Below are positions 25,135-38,700 of a stretch of 64,000 nt of DNA, in pieces; within the stretch, counting starts at the first letter, position 1; the number at the start of each line of letters is the position of its first letter. Both the position numbers and the translations under genes were made by a program. The DNA is from Octopus bimaculoides. Lineage: Eukaryota. The DNA lies in contig NC_068996.1 of assembly GCF_001194135.2 (NCBI RefSeq), positions 53,040,050-53,104,049 on the forward strand. The letters run 5' to 3'. The notes under the pieces were generated by a model. It had not been told where the DNA came from and made no database searches. It worked only from the letters and a program-made list of their open reading frames with translations.

Positions 25135-27114
25135 GACGGGCTTCTTTCAGTTTCCGTCTACCAAATCCACTCACAAGGCTTTGGTCGGCCTGAGGCTATA
25201 GTAGAAGACTCTTGCTCAAGATGCCACGCAGTGGGAATGAACTCAGAACCATGTGGTTGGTAAGCAAGCTACTTATGACACAGCCACTCCTGTGTGGATT
25301 TTTCTGGCTAATATGTGTAAATTTATATCACAAACTCCTCAGTATATCACGGGTTTCTGCAGCCAATAGGTATTTATATTTTTTTTTAGATATTAATTAT
25401 TTCTGTGGGAGGTTTTGAAATATAACATCTGCGATAGAGGAGGGATTACTGTAATGTCTTTTTTTCCCCTTACATAAATAAGTTTCCCAGTGCCTTCTAG
25501 CATTAATGCCTAAAATACATTTGAACCATTAAGGCCCTAATTATATTGATTCAAGAGAAGATCCTTGTGTATGGTTTCCTTTTGCTTCTTGAGAGAATGC
25601 AAAAGAATATTACTCTTAGATTCCCAGAAAAACAACAAAATACTTCACATATCCGCTTACATTTTCACTTTATATTCATCCATCCATCTTTTTAGTTCAC
25701 TGTTCCTGGGAGGGTCATTGGGAATGGAGGTAGGGAGTCCTCAAGCCCCTCTTCCGTAGAGTCCAATTAGAAGCAACTGTCATTACAGTTTCCAGCTGGA
25801 TTTCTAAGAATGTCCAACTGAAACTATGGATATTATCTAGCCATCTTGTTCTTGGTCTACCCCTAGGTCTTCTGCCAGCTAGCTGAACTTGAAGAATCCA
25901 TCTTGTGCTCAGTATGAAGTAGCAGCCCAACCTGAAGAGATTCTCTGATCTCTGAACTATGCACCTTGTCAAGTAACATTACTCCAGAGACCCTTCAGAG
26001 AATCCCATTTTACCTAATATCAACCTAATATTTCTGCGATGTATGTAACCATCATCACCAGTTTTAATCACTATATTAACCATTGAGTTTTACATTGAAG
26101 ACATTTTAGTCCCCCCCCATTCTATTGTATTTCTTCACTCAGTCAGTATCATTCATTTGTGTGAAAGACAGAGACCAATTCTGTTAAGTCTGTTGCCAGT
26201 ACCTAAATACTTAATCATGACCTGCATTTCAGATGTCTTTTGTTTTAACCTCTCTAACACAATGCTCTAGTTGGTCACATAAAAATGGAATTCTAGATCC
26301 AATTTATAAATTCTGTAAGTGTAAACAATTCAAATTTTAGGAAAAATATTTTGTGTTGTATCAGAGTATGGATGAGTGTATTTATGTTTCTTTGCTGTCT
26401 TTTTTATTTCTAAACAATCTGAAATATATTGTTTTTGCTTTCAGGAATTAAATTCTTCACAAGAAAAATTAAGATTAATGGAAGAAAACAACAAACCAGC
26501 TACTAAGTTAAAAATTATGGAAGTAAGTAAGTTTACTGTTATTCATCATCATCATCATCCAGTGTTTTCAATCCGGGTTTTGTCCCTGTTAACGGGAATG
26601 GCTGGATCTACTTCAATGCCATAGCAACCAAGGTAGGCAGGTGCAGCCCATCCCAACCTTTGGGCTGGCTGGTGCCCATTCTCCTTTGCTATCATGAGGC
26701 TTTTTTGAAGCTGGATTTTCTACGGGGAGCACGCCCTTGCTTACCCCCAACTTCAGTTTCTAGACAGGAGTGGTCCTGAGACCAAGGCCTCTACCATGAT
26801 TTTTAAGAAATGTGATGGAAAACTAGCACAGGAATGTAGGGATACTACTCCCTGAGACCCCTTTTGGAGCCCCACTACACTCTTAATGTTTTTGGCATTT
26901 ATATACATATGATCTTGACTTCTTGCTTGATACTCACTGTAGTAACAAAATTGATTTGATCTATGGCTGAATTTATTAGAATATTCTAAAATTTACTGGT
27001 TTAAAACAAAGATTGAACTAAATAAAAAAATTATTTTTTCAGACAAATTACTGGTCATTTGTGAATGTAATGAAACCGCTGTGGGAAAATGAAATCTTGA
27101 CCATTCAGAAGTAA
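22569..27114 (+). CDS. CEP15: CEP15/C3orf14-like small coiled-coil centrosomal protein (~95 aa)
   Basis: Exons 22569-22606 (ATG in CCACCATG context; exon acceptor at 22509; an upstream in-frame ATG at 22545 is possible), 24360-24459, 26445-26522 and 27043-27114 splice in frame. Product: MLTEDLNKRLYQIQAKRQVLERL..ARKRNKQILLELNSSQEKL..IMETNYWSFVNVMKPLWENEILTIQK*. It resembles recalled C3orf14 motifs LSKRHEEI, AFKRN and ETRYWASV..PKWE. A likely non-coding 5' exon ends at the donor at 18153. Confidence 0.8.
23560..24145 (+). mobile_element. Highly degraded RTE 3' fragment
   Basis: Nucleotide similarity to 14560-15050 (gatagcttctttcacctaggtgac.., atgtgtaatgttagtgtg..). Confidence 0.7.
25715..25975 (-). 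mobile_element. RTE-type LINE extreme 3' ORF fragment
   Basis: LAGRRPRGRPRTRWLDNI motif. Confidence 0.75.
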
Positions 27115-27369
27115 GAATGGAAACTGATGGTTTGCACCACGAGGAAACCTATTTGTAATAGATTTACCAAATTTATATATGTTACCTGTTAAAGAACATA
27201 AAAATAGAAATACAAACTATGTGGAAAACAAACACAGTTAATCTAGTTCTGAAATTTCAACCTGCCATCTTTTTGTATGCATTTTATACTCATGCACACA
27301 CACTTTTGCATGCACACGCACGCACGCGCGCGTGCACACACACACACGCACACACATTCATACAGAGTA

Positions 27370-28140
27370 TTAGAGGTATTTGAGGATATAGTAATTCAGT
27401 AAGACAATTCTAATTTAGCAAAAACGAAATGTATTTAATAAAATTTCGTGGACAAGTTCTCTGTAAGCTTTCTTCTAAGATTATTCTGTGACTCCACCTT
27501 CAGCTGCGATGATTGTTTCAATGCAGAACCAGAATAGTTGACAAGCCTACACTGAATAGCTTTTACTTCAACTGGATAATGACAGCCTTCAGTGGAGCTA
27601 TGGTATTGTGAGCATGTTGATTAGTCTCCCTTTAAACAACACTCCAAACGTAGCAGTCCATAGCAAGTTTGGAGTTACATTATCATAAAATTACTGAGAC
27701 CCTGTGGAAAAATATGATATGACTTTCTTTACTCACCATTCCTAAAGCCATCACAATTTCTACAAACTCTGAGGACATCAGAAGCATCTGTACATAGCCA
27801 TCTCTCATTTCTCTTGTTAGATTTTGGGTCTTGATGAACCAAAGCATGTCATGTTTGTGGAGGGGTTTTAATCTTGGCATGGATCAAATGGGTTTCTGTG
27901 TCTTTGCAGAATTGGTCTCACCTCAATACAAACGACTTGTATTGAATGTCCTCTGATAGTCCACTCTGACACCATAAGTTCTTTGGTGATGGCCCTTCTT
28001 GATGGGATCCATATCAATAAGGTTTTTAACCTGTTGGATGAGTTGCTGTTTCCTGATAGTTCATTGAGAATGAAGTGTATCAAAGAGAGGGGAGAGACCC
28101 CTAAACATTCTCACGAGAGGCTTCCAATTCCATCTGAACT
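27370..28140 (-). mobile_element. Degraded maT/Tc1-like transposase
   Basis: RRAITKELMVSEWTIR (HTH) followed by remnants of the QN.R..VM..G.VS..H.FF catalytic region, with frameshifts. Confidence 0.65.
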
Positions 28141-28564
28141 TTGTTTACCAAAGATCTTGCAACATATAAATTGTTGTCAATTATCTAAACTGTTGTTTCT
28201 CTCTCTCTATCTCATACACACACACACACACACACACACATGGAAACAATGACTGCATCTCTTTTCATCTCTTATGTTACCATTTTATCTATCATGGGGG
28301 TTTTCATTGGCCTGAAGAAAGTAATATACTGATAATTAAGTGTCCTCAAATACCCATATGTGCATCTACATGTTACCTTCACAAGACAGATGACATAAAT
28401 AGTGGCCAAAACTATCTTATCTCTGAAATTGCAGCTTATGAACTTTGTGTGTGTGGATGCATGTACATCTGTATTTACAAATGAAAGTACATACATATGT
28501 ATGTATGAATATTAAGTATGTGGCCTCTGTATTGTAGCACTCCTAATCTCCCTGCAAACAGCCT

Positions 28565-28633
<69 letters not shown>

Positions 28634-29564
28634 ACAAGACAACTTCTACATGGTATCTCAAAAATTAAAGAAACACTGACCAATACTACCTCAAGTCATT
28701 CTTTTAGTCTTGTGTTATTTTGAGTGTTGCCAAGTGCCTCTCCTTGTATATTGTTAAATTATTAATTTCTTCACTAAATAAATACTACAGAAGTTTGCAC
28801 TTCTGAAAACCAAATCAGTATTTACAATAAACTATTGCTGGAAGCATTTTTGTGGCTTATTTGCTTCAAATATTTGTAAAATGTTCCTTGACACTCAGCA
28901 GTTCCATTACAGATGGCAAGAAATGAGTTGAATTGTATTCATAGAATAAAGTTATTTTGATGTTCATTCTGTGTTGCTCTGCATTCCTTTTGTACAGTGT
29001 CTCATTGTCTTGTACCGTTTCCTCGATATCTCTCATCTACCTTAGTTTCTCTCTGTCCCACTCTCTCTCTCTCTCTCTCTCTTCTTTACTCTTTCTCCCT
29101 CTCTGTCTCTTTCTCTATCTTCCTTTCCCTCTCAACCTCTCTCCCCATCTATCTATTTCACTCTCCCCTTTGATCTCTTTCTTATTACCTTGGTCTCTCT
29201 CTTATTCTCTCTCTATCCCCCCTTGATCTCCCCCTCTCTCTCTTCTCCCACACAAACCTACAATAAACGACAATTATAACAACATCCTCAATAAGTCAAT
29301 CAGGGAGCTTCCACATAATTGCTTGACCTACAAAAAATCGAAGCCAAATGCCCCTCAGATTTGACCCTTCTATTTTAAGATTAGAGAAGACTATGCTGAT
29401 AATGTGTATACAAAATGCCAGAATGGTCACAGCAAGAATGTCTTTTGGTAACAGGTCTGCTCAACCAGGAATGACATGGAGTTAAATTACAATTATCACT
29501 GCAACAAAGGTGTTCTCAACAAGCAATCTTTGGCAAGGTTCTCCATCCTGCCATCATAACACTT

Positions 29565-29950
29565 ATCTACAGCATTCCATCAGTTACAACGATGAGGATG
29601 CCAGTTGATCCGATCAACGGAACAGCTCTGCCCGTGAAATGAACGTGCAAGTGGCTGAGCACTCCACAGACACGTGTACCCTTAACATAGTTCTCAGGGA
29701 GGTTCAGCGTGACACAGAGTGTAACGAGGCTGGCCCTTCGAAATACAGGTACAACAGAAACAGGAAGAAAGAGTGAGAGAAAGTTGTGGTGGAAGAGTAC
29801 AGCAGGGTTCACCACCATCTCCTGCCGGAGCCTCGAGGAGCTTCAGGTGTTTTCGCTCAATAAACACTCACAACGCCCAATCTGGGAATTGAAACCGCAA
29901 TCCTATGACCGCGAGTCCGCTGCCCTAACCACTAGGCCACTGCGCCTCCA
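29565..29950 (-). mobile_element. tRNA-derived SINE with conserved central domain
   Basis: Head agtggttagggcagcggactcgcggtc..gtttcaattccc. Related copies at ~12060-12210, 32460-32690, 36170-36400, 51440-51765 and 58330-58570. Confidence 0.8.
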
Positions 29951-30831
29951 CAATAACACTTAACACAAGAAGGATACATAAGATGGTGTAGTCCTTGATA
30001 CATTATACCTGAAAACAAAATGAGGTGATCACAACTGAAGTGCTTTTGATCACGGGTTTGCCTGATCAGGATTGAACTGTAGCTAAACGACAGCTTCTTC
30101 AAGGAAGTTTGTTCATTTTATTTTACACAAATCCAAAATTGATAGAAGAAAATCTAATAAAATCAAACTCTTCAATTCATTTGGAACAAAATTTTGCAAT
30201 TATTTCTTTATTTTCAAAACTTGAAATTAAAAATAAATTTATTTTATAGTTTAACAACAAAAAATATCAGCTTTGGTAAAGTATACAAAAGATTAATTTC
30301 TGTTTCGAAAGTAAATATTTGGGGTATATTTACTGTGATTTGGCCACCTCTGCTGACGCAGGGGTGGTGGTGTTACAGTTCAAGGTTAAAACACCTGATG
30401 ATCGTTGGATACCATCTGATGATATCAATTCCTCCTGGTCAAAGCTGCATTCACTTTGGTGAGTGGAAAAGAAACAGCTTCATCTAGATGTTATCAACAT
30501 AACATAGTGTATAAATTATATAAATTACATAAAAAATAAATCAAACATATAAAAACTCAATAAACTGTAAAAATATGCTCTTTCATAAATTCAATGTTTA
30601 AGAACAATTTTATGTCATGTCCACACATTTTAAAACATGGTGCGGTGTTTTGTATTAAAATGCTGGGCTGCAGGGGTGTATGTAGAATGAAATGGTAAAT
30701 GTGAAATACAAAAGTTTGAGTTTAGGTTAAGAAAAGGGCTTATGTAAGGCAGAGCCCATACCAGAAAAGTATTAGCAGCAACAACTTGAAGCCGGAGCCT
30801 TCATGAAAATAAAAATGCAAAAGCTTCCAAT

Positions 30832-32677
30832 TTATTCAGCACTGGATCCAATCATGGGTTTCAACAAGTCGTTTTGGTCCCATAAACTGAAATGAAATGA
30901 AACATTAATATAATATTTTTAGCAAAATATTGATTTCAAATTTCAGCACAAGACAGAAGCTTTTTAAAGGAAGGTTTAAATGATGCATGGGCAACCTGCA
31001 GCCTGTGGGCTCCATGTGGCCCTCAACATGTTGTTGTGCGGCCCTCAATGAGTTTCTAGGTTACTAATTAAGAAGAACTACAAAAAATTCAGTGTAAAGT
31101 GGGCAAGTAATATTTCATGTATATGTGTTTTATCATGTGGCCCTTTCCCACTTGGAAATGGTATGATGCGGCCCCCAGCTGATGAAGAGTTGCCCATCCC
31201 TGGTTTAAATCAATTACATCAACCCCAGTGTTCAAATGTTAGTTATTTTATCGACCCCAAAAGGACAAAAGGCAAGGCTAACTTCAGTGGAATTTGAACT
31301 CAGAATGTAACGAGCCAGAGAAAATGTCACTTAATCATTTCGTCCAATTCACTAACAAATCTTCAGCAAATACTGAAATATGTCAAAGAATTTGGAGGTA
31401 AGCACTGGCAGACTGCATCAGGAAGACAGGAAGGACATAAAAATTCAAACAACACAATAAATTCTATGCCTTGTGCGAATTTGCAACGTAATCAGTCGAA
31501 TGAACCCTGATGTTTATAACTAATATTAATTTTTACAAAACAGCAAAGTACATCTTGGCAGATATGGAATTAAACTTATAAGAGGAAGTAATGTAATATT
31601 CCTTTTTACTATATACATGTAGCAGCAAGAAATTTGGCGGGAGAGGGCGAGTTGATTATATTGACCCCCAGTGCTTAAATGGTACTTATTTTCTTAACCC
31701 CAAAAGGATGAAAGACAAAGTCAACCTTGGTGGAATTTGAACTCAGAACATAAAGACAGACGAAATGCTGCTAAGCATTTTTGCCTGGTGAGCTAACGAT
31801 TCTGCCAGCTTGACACCTCAATGATGATGATGATGATGGTTTCAAATTTTGCCACAGGGGCAGCAACTTTGGGGGAGGGGATAAACAAATTACATTGACC
31901 CCAGTGTTCAACTGGTACTTATTTTATTGACCTTGAAATGGACGAAAGCAAAGTCAATCTCGGCGGAATTTGAACTCAGAATGTGAAGATACACAAAATA
32001 CCACTAACATTTCGCCTGGCATGCTAACGATTCTGCCAGCTTGCTACCTTTAATAATGATAATAATAATAATAACAACAACAACAACAATGATAATGTAT
32101 ATACCTTGTGTTGAAGCTGGTGTCAGTGCCATGTTTCAAAATAATGTTTTTCACATCTTGTGGAGGATCAAGGGAAAATTTAGAAGCTCTTTCCCATCGT
32201 TCCAAACGGGTAATACCTGTAGTAGAATGTTATTTAGTTAGATACATTATGTAGTATCCCTGACATAAATTAAAAACATTATCAAGTAATGCTGATAGAA
32301 AGAAGGTAGAGAGAGAGAGAGAGAGAGAGAGAGTCTGAAAGAGAGAGAGAGGGAGAGATTTCAGTGAAACTAAAGTTTATAGGTTGTTATGGAAGCTCTT
32401 AATCCTCCAAACAGTTAAAAGATAATCTATTTATGTTGATGGTGTTCCTATCAATATATGGCCTAATGGTTAGGGTGTTGCACTCACAATCATGAGATCA
32501 TGATTTCAATTCCTAGACTGATCGATGCATTGTGTTCTTGAGCAAAACACTTCCTTTCACGTTACTCTGCAATCACTTTGACACCTGACGTGCACCTATT
32601 CAGACAATATCAATTTGATGGAGGGACAGGTGAGCTAATGCACAGCACTTACATTTGGTTGTCTTCAATGGGAGAGT

Positions 32678-32724
<47 letters not shown>

Positions 32725-35700
32725 TGCCATGCCACCCATACCCACCCATGCCAACCTTCCTTCATTGGACACTAAACTCAGGTTGCGAAGACCTGTTGGG
32801 GCAAGTGATTGAAACTGAACCAAATTTGATGACTGACACCCATGCCAGTGGAGTGCTAACAGCACCATCCGAGCATGATCACTGCCAGAGCAGCGGTCTC
32901 GCTCCCGTGCTGGTGGCACATAAAAAGTACCATTTGAGCACAACCGTTTTGAGCTTCGCTTTACTGGCACTCATGCCGGTGGCATGTGAACAAAACATTG
33001 GCTGACTCTTGTGCAGGTGGCACATAAAATACACCATTTTGAGCATGGCCATTGCCAGTACCACCTGACTGGCCTTTCTTGCCAGTGGCATGTAAAAAGC
33101 ACCCACTACACTCTCGGAGTGGTTGACATTAGGAAGGGCATCCAGCTGTAGAAACTCTGCCAAATCAGATTGGAGTTTGGTGCAGCCATCCGGTTCACCA
33201 GTCCTCAGTCAAATCGTCCAACCCATGCTAGCATGGAAAACGGACGTTAAATGATGATGATGATCATCATCATCCTCATTTAACGTCCGTTTTCCATGTT
33301 AGCATGGGTTGGACGATTTGACTGAGGACTGGTGAACCAGATGGTGAACCAGTCTGCATTTTATTATATTTTCTAAATTTTCAAAAATCACTTAAAGATG
33401 TTACCTAGTAAAACAGTACAACAAAAATAATGGATGCAAAACTATTGATTTATTATATAAAGCTAAAAATTGTAAAGGAAGGGAAATGTGATTGTCGAAT
33501 ATGCTTTTTCTTGAGGGAATCAACAACAGAAGGGTACTAAAAATCAATATTGGGTTTCAGATTGAGCTTGTCACAAGATGAGCTTTTTCCTTCTATAGTA
33601 CCTACCATATGAAAATATTAATAAAATGCATTATTAACCCATTACCTACCAGTGATCTCATATGAGATCACTTAAAAATTACAAATTTTGTAATTATCTG
33701 TCAATATTTACACATATCTAACCTTTTTACTGTATCTACTAGGTATATTTCTCTGATATTTAAATGAGATTTGCTAATTTATCACCCAATATCTCGCTTA
33801 TTTCTATTTAAAATGTTATTTTGAAATGTTATTTTGATCATTCCAGTGTGTTTCTAAGGCTGTTTTATGCTAGAAATCAAAGTTTCATGAAAAAATTCCA
33901 GTTAATAGAATTATGGGAAGTCATGGGTTAAACTTGAAACAATATGATGGAAACAAAATTATACTAGAATCAGTTTTTTTGTTTAACCTTTTAGCATTTA
34001 AACTGACCATATCCGGCCCAAATATTTTATCAGTCTTACATTCAAACTGGCCAGATATATCCTCTCAAACCTACCCTACAATGTCATTCTAAAAATAAAC
34101 AATCACACCATCAAAATCTTGAAGCTATGAGAAATTGTATGATTATTTCAAAACAATGTGGATAAATAGACATTTCATGTGACCGAGTGATTTGAATGCT
34201 AAAGGATTAAACTGATCATATCTGGTCCAAATATTCTACCTGTTTCAATGTATTTGACAGAATAATGTGAATGCTAAAGGGTTAATTATTCACATACCAC
34301 ACATGGGACCATATTTCCAGTTTACATCAAATTCAGTCAAAATTTTTAATTCATCAACATTGGAACTGGAAGGTTGAACATCTGGAATTAGAAAAAAAAA
34401 ATTGGAATAAAAAAAACAGTTTTAATCTTTTTGTTGACACACTGACTTTGTTTCAGTTTATTTTGAAAATATGAAGAGGTATCAAAAAGTTCTGTAGTTC
34501 TAGTTCTGTAGCATGCCAACAGATGTCAGCACATGGCTGTGTGCACAATGAAAGCTAGCAGTGACCATCATGAGGCAGTGTGCCAAGTGACACCACGGTG
34601 TTTATTTCACAAGTGAAATTTGTATTTTCATGATCACATGTATGCTGTGTTTGTCTGTGATTTTTGTCAAAGACAGGAACAAAGAGCCAATGTGAAATTT
34701 TGTGTTAAACTTGGGAAATCTGCTACAGAGGCATTGATCATGCTTTGGCAAACTTACAGAGATGAGACAATGGGTTGTATGCAATGTTTCAAATGGCATG
34801 AGTGCTTCAAAAGAAACGGCAAAGCCACAGTTCAATTAATAGCATGCTCATTGTTTTTTTTTTTTGACATCTGTGGTATTGTTTATCAAGAATTTGTACC
34901 CCAGGGTCGGACTGCCAATTGAGAGTTCTACTGTGATGTTTTGAAGTGTTTGAGGAAGGACATTTGGCGAAAGCAACCCTAATCGGTGGAGCACAAAGAA
35001 TTGGATTCTTCATGATGACAATGCACCCATGTCACCAAACTCTCCTCACTCACGAGTTTCCCACCAAAAAACAACATCGCTTCTGCACCCACACTTTTCA
35101 CCAGATTTAGCACCTACAGACTTCCATCTCTTCTCCAAGATGAAAATGCAGCTTAATGATCACTATTTTAATACCATTGTCAAGATCAAGAGGGAATCAC
35201 AGAAGGTCCTCAACTTGCTTACAGAAAACAACTTCCAGGCCAGTTTCCAAAAGTGGTAGGAATGCTGGGACCAGTGTATTGCTGTGCAAGGTAACTATTT
35301 TGAACAGGATGGCATTAAAACTTAAGTAAATAAGTTGTTTTTTTTTATAAACATAACTAGTTCAGGAACTCAAAGAGCTTTGAGATCAACCTCAACACCT
35401 GGGAAATGCAAGCATAAGAGTTACCCACCTAGCGAAGATGCACCAATAAAGGTGTCACCTACTATGAACAGAACAGAATTGTGGGAGCACAAAGAAAACA
35501 CGAACTACACAAGTCCAGAGTCAACTCTTTGCATTCAATCCTGAAAGACCACCAGTGCCCGACTCGTGACAAAGCCTTCCAAACATGCATCAAACTGTCT
35601 GACAGGCCGTATTTCGTCTTCTTATCCCATGTCCTTGATCATCGCTGACAACGATGGACAAACTAATAATAATAATAGGTCCCTGGACAAATCAATGTGC

Positions 35701-38700
35701 TGAGCCCTATATTATTTATTTATTCACAGTAAGCCACAAAATATCTAAATCAGAATTGGGCCCCTACACCCCATGAGGCTCCCAGGCAAACTGCCAGTGT
35801 GCCCATGTTTTAAGACGATATTACTGGTGATTACATTTCCACAACTGAGCAGACTTATTAGGATATAATTATAGAATTGATGTTGGTTAAGAGGTGAAGG
35901 TGAGTGGCTTAGAGATTAGGGTATTCAGCTCATGATTAGGAATTAGGGTATTCAGGGTCACTAGTGTAGCTAGGTGGGAGAAGTAGGAGCAACACTTTCA
36001 AAGGGGCACCACTTTTGGGTCTGTTGTAGGCAATATGTATTTTTTGTGGGATCTGGGGGCAGCAAAAGGAAGGGCCACCCCAGGCCGCACACACTCTAGC
36101 TATGCTAGTGCACAGGGTCTAGGGGCCCAATTCTGATTTAGGTATGTTGTGACTTATTGTAAATAAGACACTTTATTTCACATTGCTCCAATCCACTCAG
36201 CTGGTACAAATGAGTTGTACCTGTAATTTCAAAGGGCCAACTTTGACACATTCAGAGTCATGCTGACTCTTCCTAAGAACTACATTTGGGGTACATGTGT
36301 CTGTGGAGTGCTCAGCCACTCTCACATTAATTTTAAGTAGGTTGTTCTGGTCATCAGATCAACTGGAACCCATGTCGTCATAACCGATGGAGTGCCACAG
36401 TACGAGTGTTGGTAATGACAACGTCAATGACCACCACAATCTTACATAAGATATTTAACTAGGAGTTATGTAATGACATATGCACAGATAAAAAATTAAT
36501 AGTGGACTGAAATATGCCCTGCAATTGGAGAAAGAAAACTAAAATCCCCACCAGTAGATGTGAGTGAGTTTCAAAGTTTCAAAGAGAAAATTCATAGAAA
36601 TTATGAATTAATTTTACAGAAAATTAAATTTTCATGCCAAGGAGAGAAAAAAATCTTTTCTTTATTTGTGACAGCTACATATATTAAAATCTGCTACGAT
36701 CAGAAGTGTTTTAATAATAACCAAGATCAGGTCAAGGTACTGGCAACTCGGGTATCACCTGGGGTACCATGTGCTTTTTAGTCTACATTTTCAGTTTTTC
36801 TCCTTATGAAAGTTTTTTTAAATTATACTTGTAATTGTGCCGAAGTTCAGCTTCCCCGGGGTGCCAGCAAGCAACCCTAAGGCCAGCCCTGATAATAACC
36901 ATAATCTGTTTTTCAAGTATAATGTTATCTAGAATTGCACAATAGTATGGTATTACATTTAAGATAGTAAGGAGTGACGAGAAGGAAGTTTGATTGGCTT
37001 TTGTTAAAAGATCAGTGACCATGTAAAGGTTTCCTCTTTGGTTCATGTTGAGTTAAACAGTAACAAAGAGTGCTTTTGTTTAAAAGGTATACAATCAAGA
37101 CGAGTATGTCATCATATTACAGTATTTGTATAAAGTAGTTGATAATGAAAGCAAACTGATAGCCAAAACAATATCCATGGAAGCCAACATGGGAGCCTCT
37201 ATGCCATCATTGTTTGAAATGGCAGCCAAATTTTTTACATCAACATCGAGGTCATAACATAGATTAAAACCAATAGCAGAAGGGGGTAGGGCTAGGTTTA
37301 CCCAATTCAATACAGTGGACGTTTACCCATCTATGTCGAAGGAGTTCCTTTTTAAGGGATTGGATTTCGCTAGGTCTTACACTGAAGTTAGTGACGTGCA
37401 TGTCAGAAGAACCCTACTCTTCCGTAAGGGGTGGGCCTTGGCCAAACGAACTGACCCAGAAGGCTCCTTTGACATAGGAACCGGGCACTTTTGACAGTGC
37501 TGACGTATGTGACCTTGCTGGTTTCTTCATCCTTGATTTGCTCAGAAAGAAGTTCACTTCCACTAGCATCGGTCTCTACAAGGATGAAGCACTGGCAATA
37601 TAAAGAGGGGCAAATGGTCACATGCTAGATAAGCTTAGAAAGGACCACACCAGCACCATGAATTCCATTGGACTGAAAACGGTGGATTTCTTTGATATGC
37701 TCTGGACTTGGAGTCCGGTGCCTATATACCATTTAGGAGGTCAAATGAGAAACTATCATATTAACACAGGTTCCTGTTATCCAGTCATTGTTTTCAAGAA
37801 TTTAGCAAAAGACATCAGCAGAAGAATCTCTTAACCTATCTTTAACCTATAAAAGACAAATTTGAAAATTTATGATTTTTTTAAACCCCACTCGCCATCC
37901 CTGATTGCTTCTGTTTATAATTTAAAATATTAGAGAGCCTCAGGTCATTTCTGGCATTTATCCACAGTAACTTTTTTTTTATAAAAGGTATGTAAAAGAT
38001 AATTCATTTTAATAACATATTTTTCTGTCAGAAAATGTCTTTTTCTTACACACAAGTGGCCTCGCTTAATTACGGTGGGAGTAAAAATTTTAATTACTAT
38101 TGTTTTTGTTAATGCTTATATCCCACCAATGGAGCACGTGTGTGGTCCATTGGTATCATCATTGGGGGGCGGGGGGTAGTAAAAAAAAAATCATAAATTT
38201 TCCAAACTGTTCTTTCATAAAAAGATTCTTCCCATCATTTCGAAGACTGGAAAAATCCCCGTCAAAACGAAGAAATTCCAACTTATGTGGTCTTCTTGAA
38301 CCGAAACTTCTCCCACCCACTTGGAAAATTTTTTCCCCATAAACTTCATTATAATTGTAATATATGCCGTTTAAAAAGTATTTGTATAAACTTTCATTAA
38401 AAGATATCCATTTTCCAGAAAGTTATGAGGGAAAAAATCGGATTGAGTGAATTTTCCCAAAATCTTCTCCCCACCCCTTCAGGAAAAGTTTTCCCCTCAA
38501 ATTTCTTTGTAATCGTAATCTATACCATTTGAAGGTTATTTATATAAAATTTCATTAAAAGTTATCCATTTTCCTGAAAGTTATGATGGAAAAAATCGGA
38601 TCGTGTGAATTTTCCGAAAGTTCTCTCCCCTCACCCCCACTCCCGGCTCGTTTGCACAAAGTTTGGTTTTCAGATTCGTTTACTACACATTTTTTACACC

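Noticed and set aside
35905-35958. Three ATTAGGG motifs resembling telomeric repeat
   Set aside because: They belong to a locally duplicated SINE head, not a TTAGGG array.
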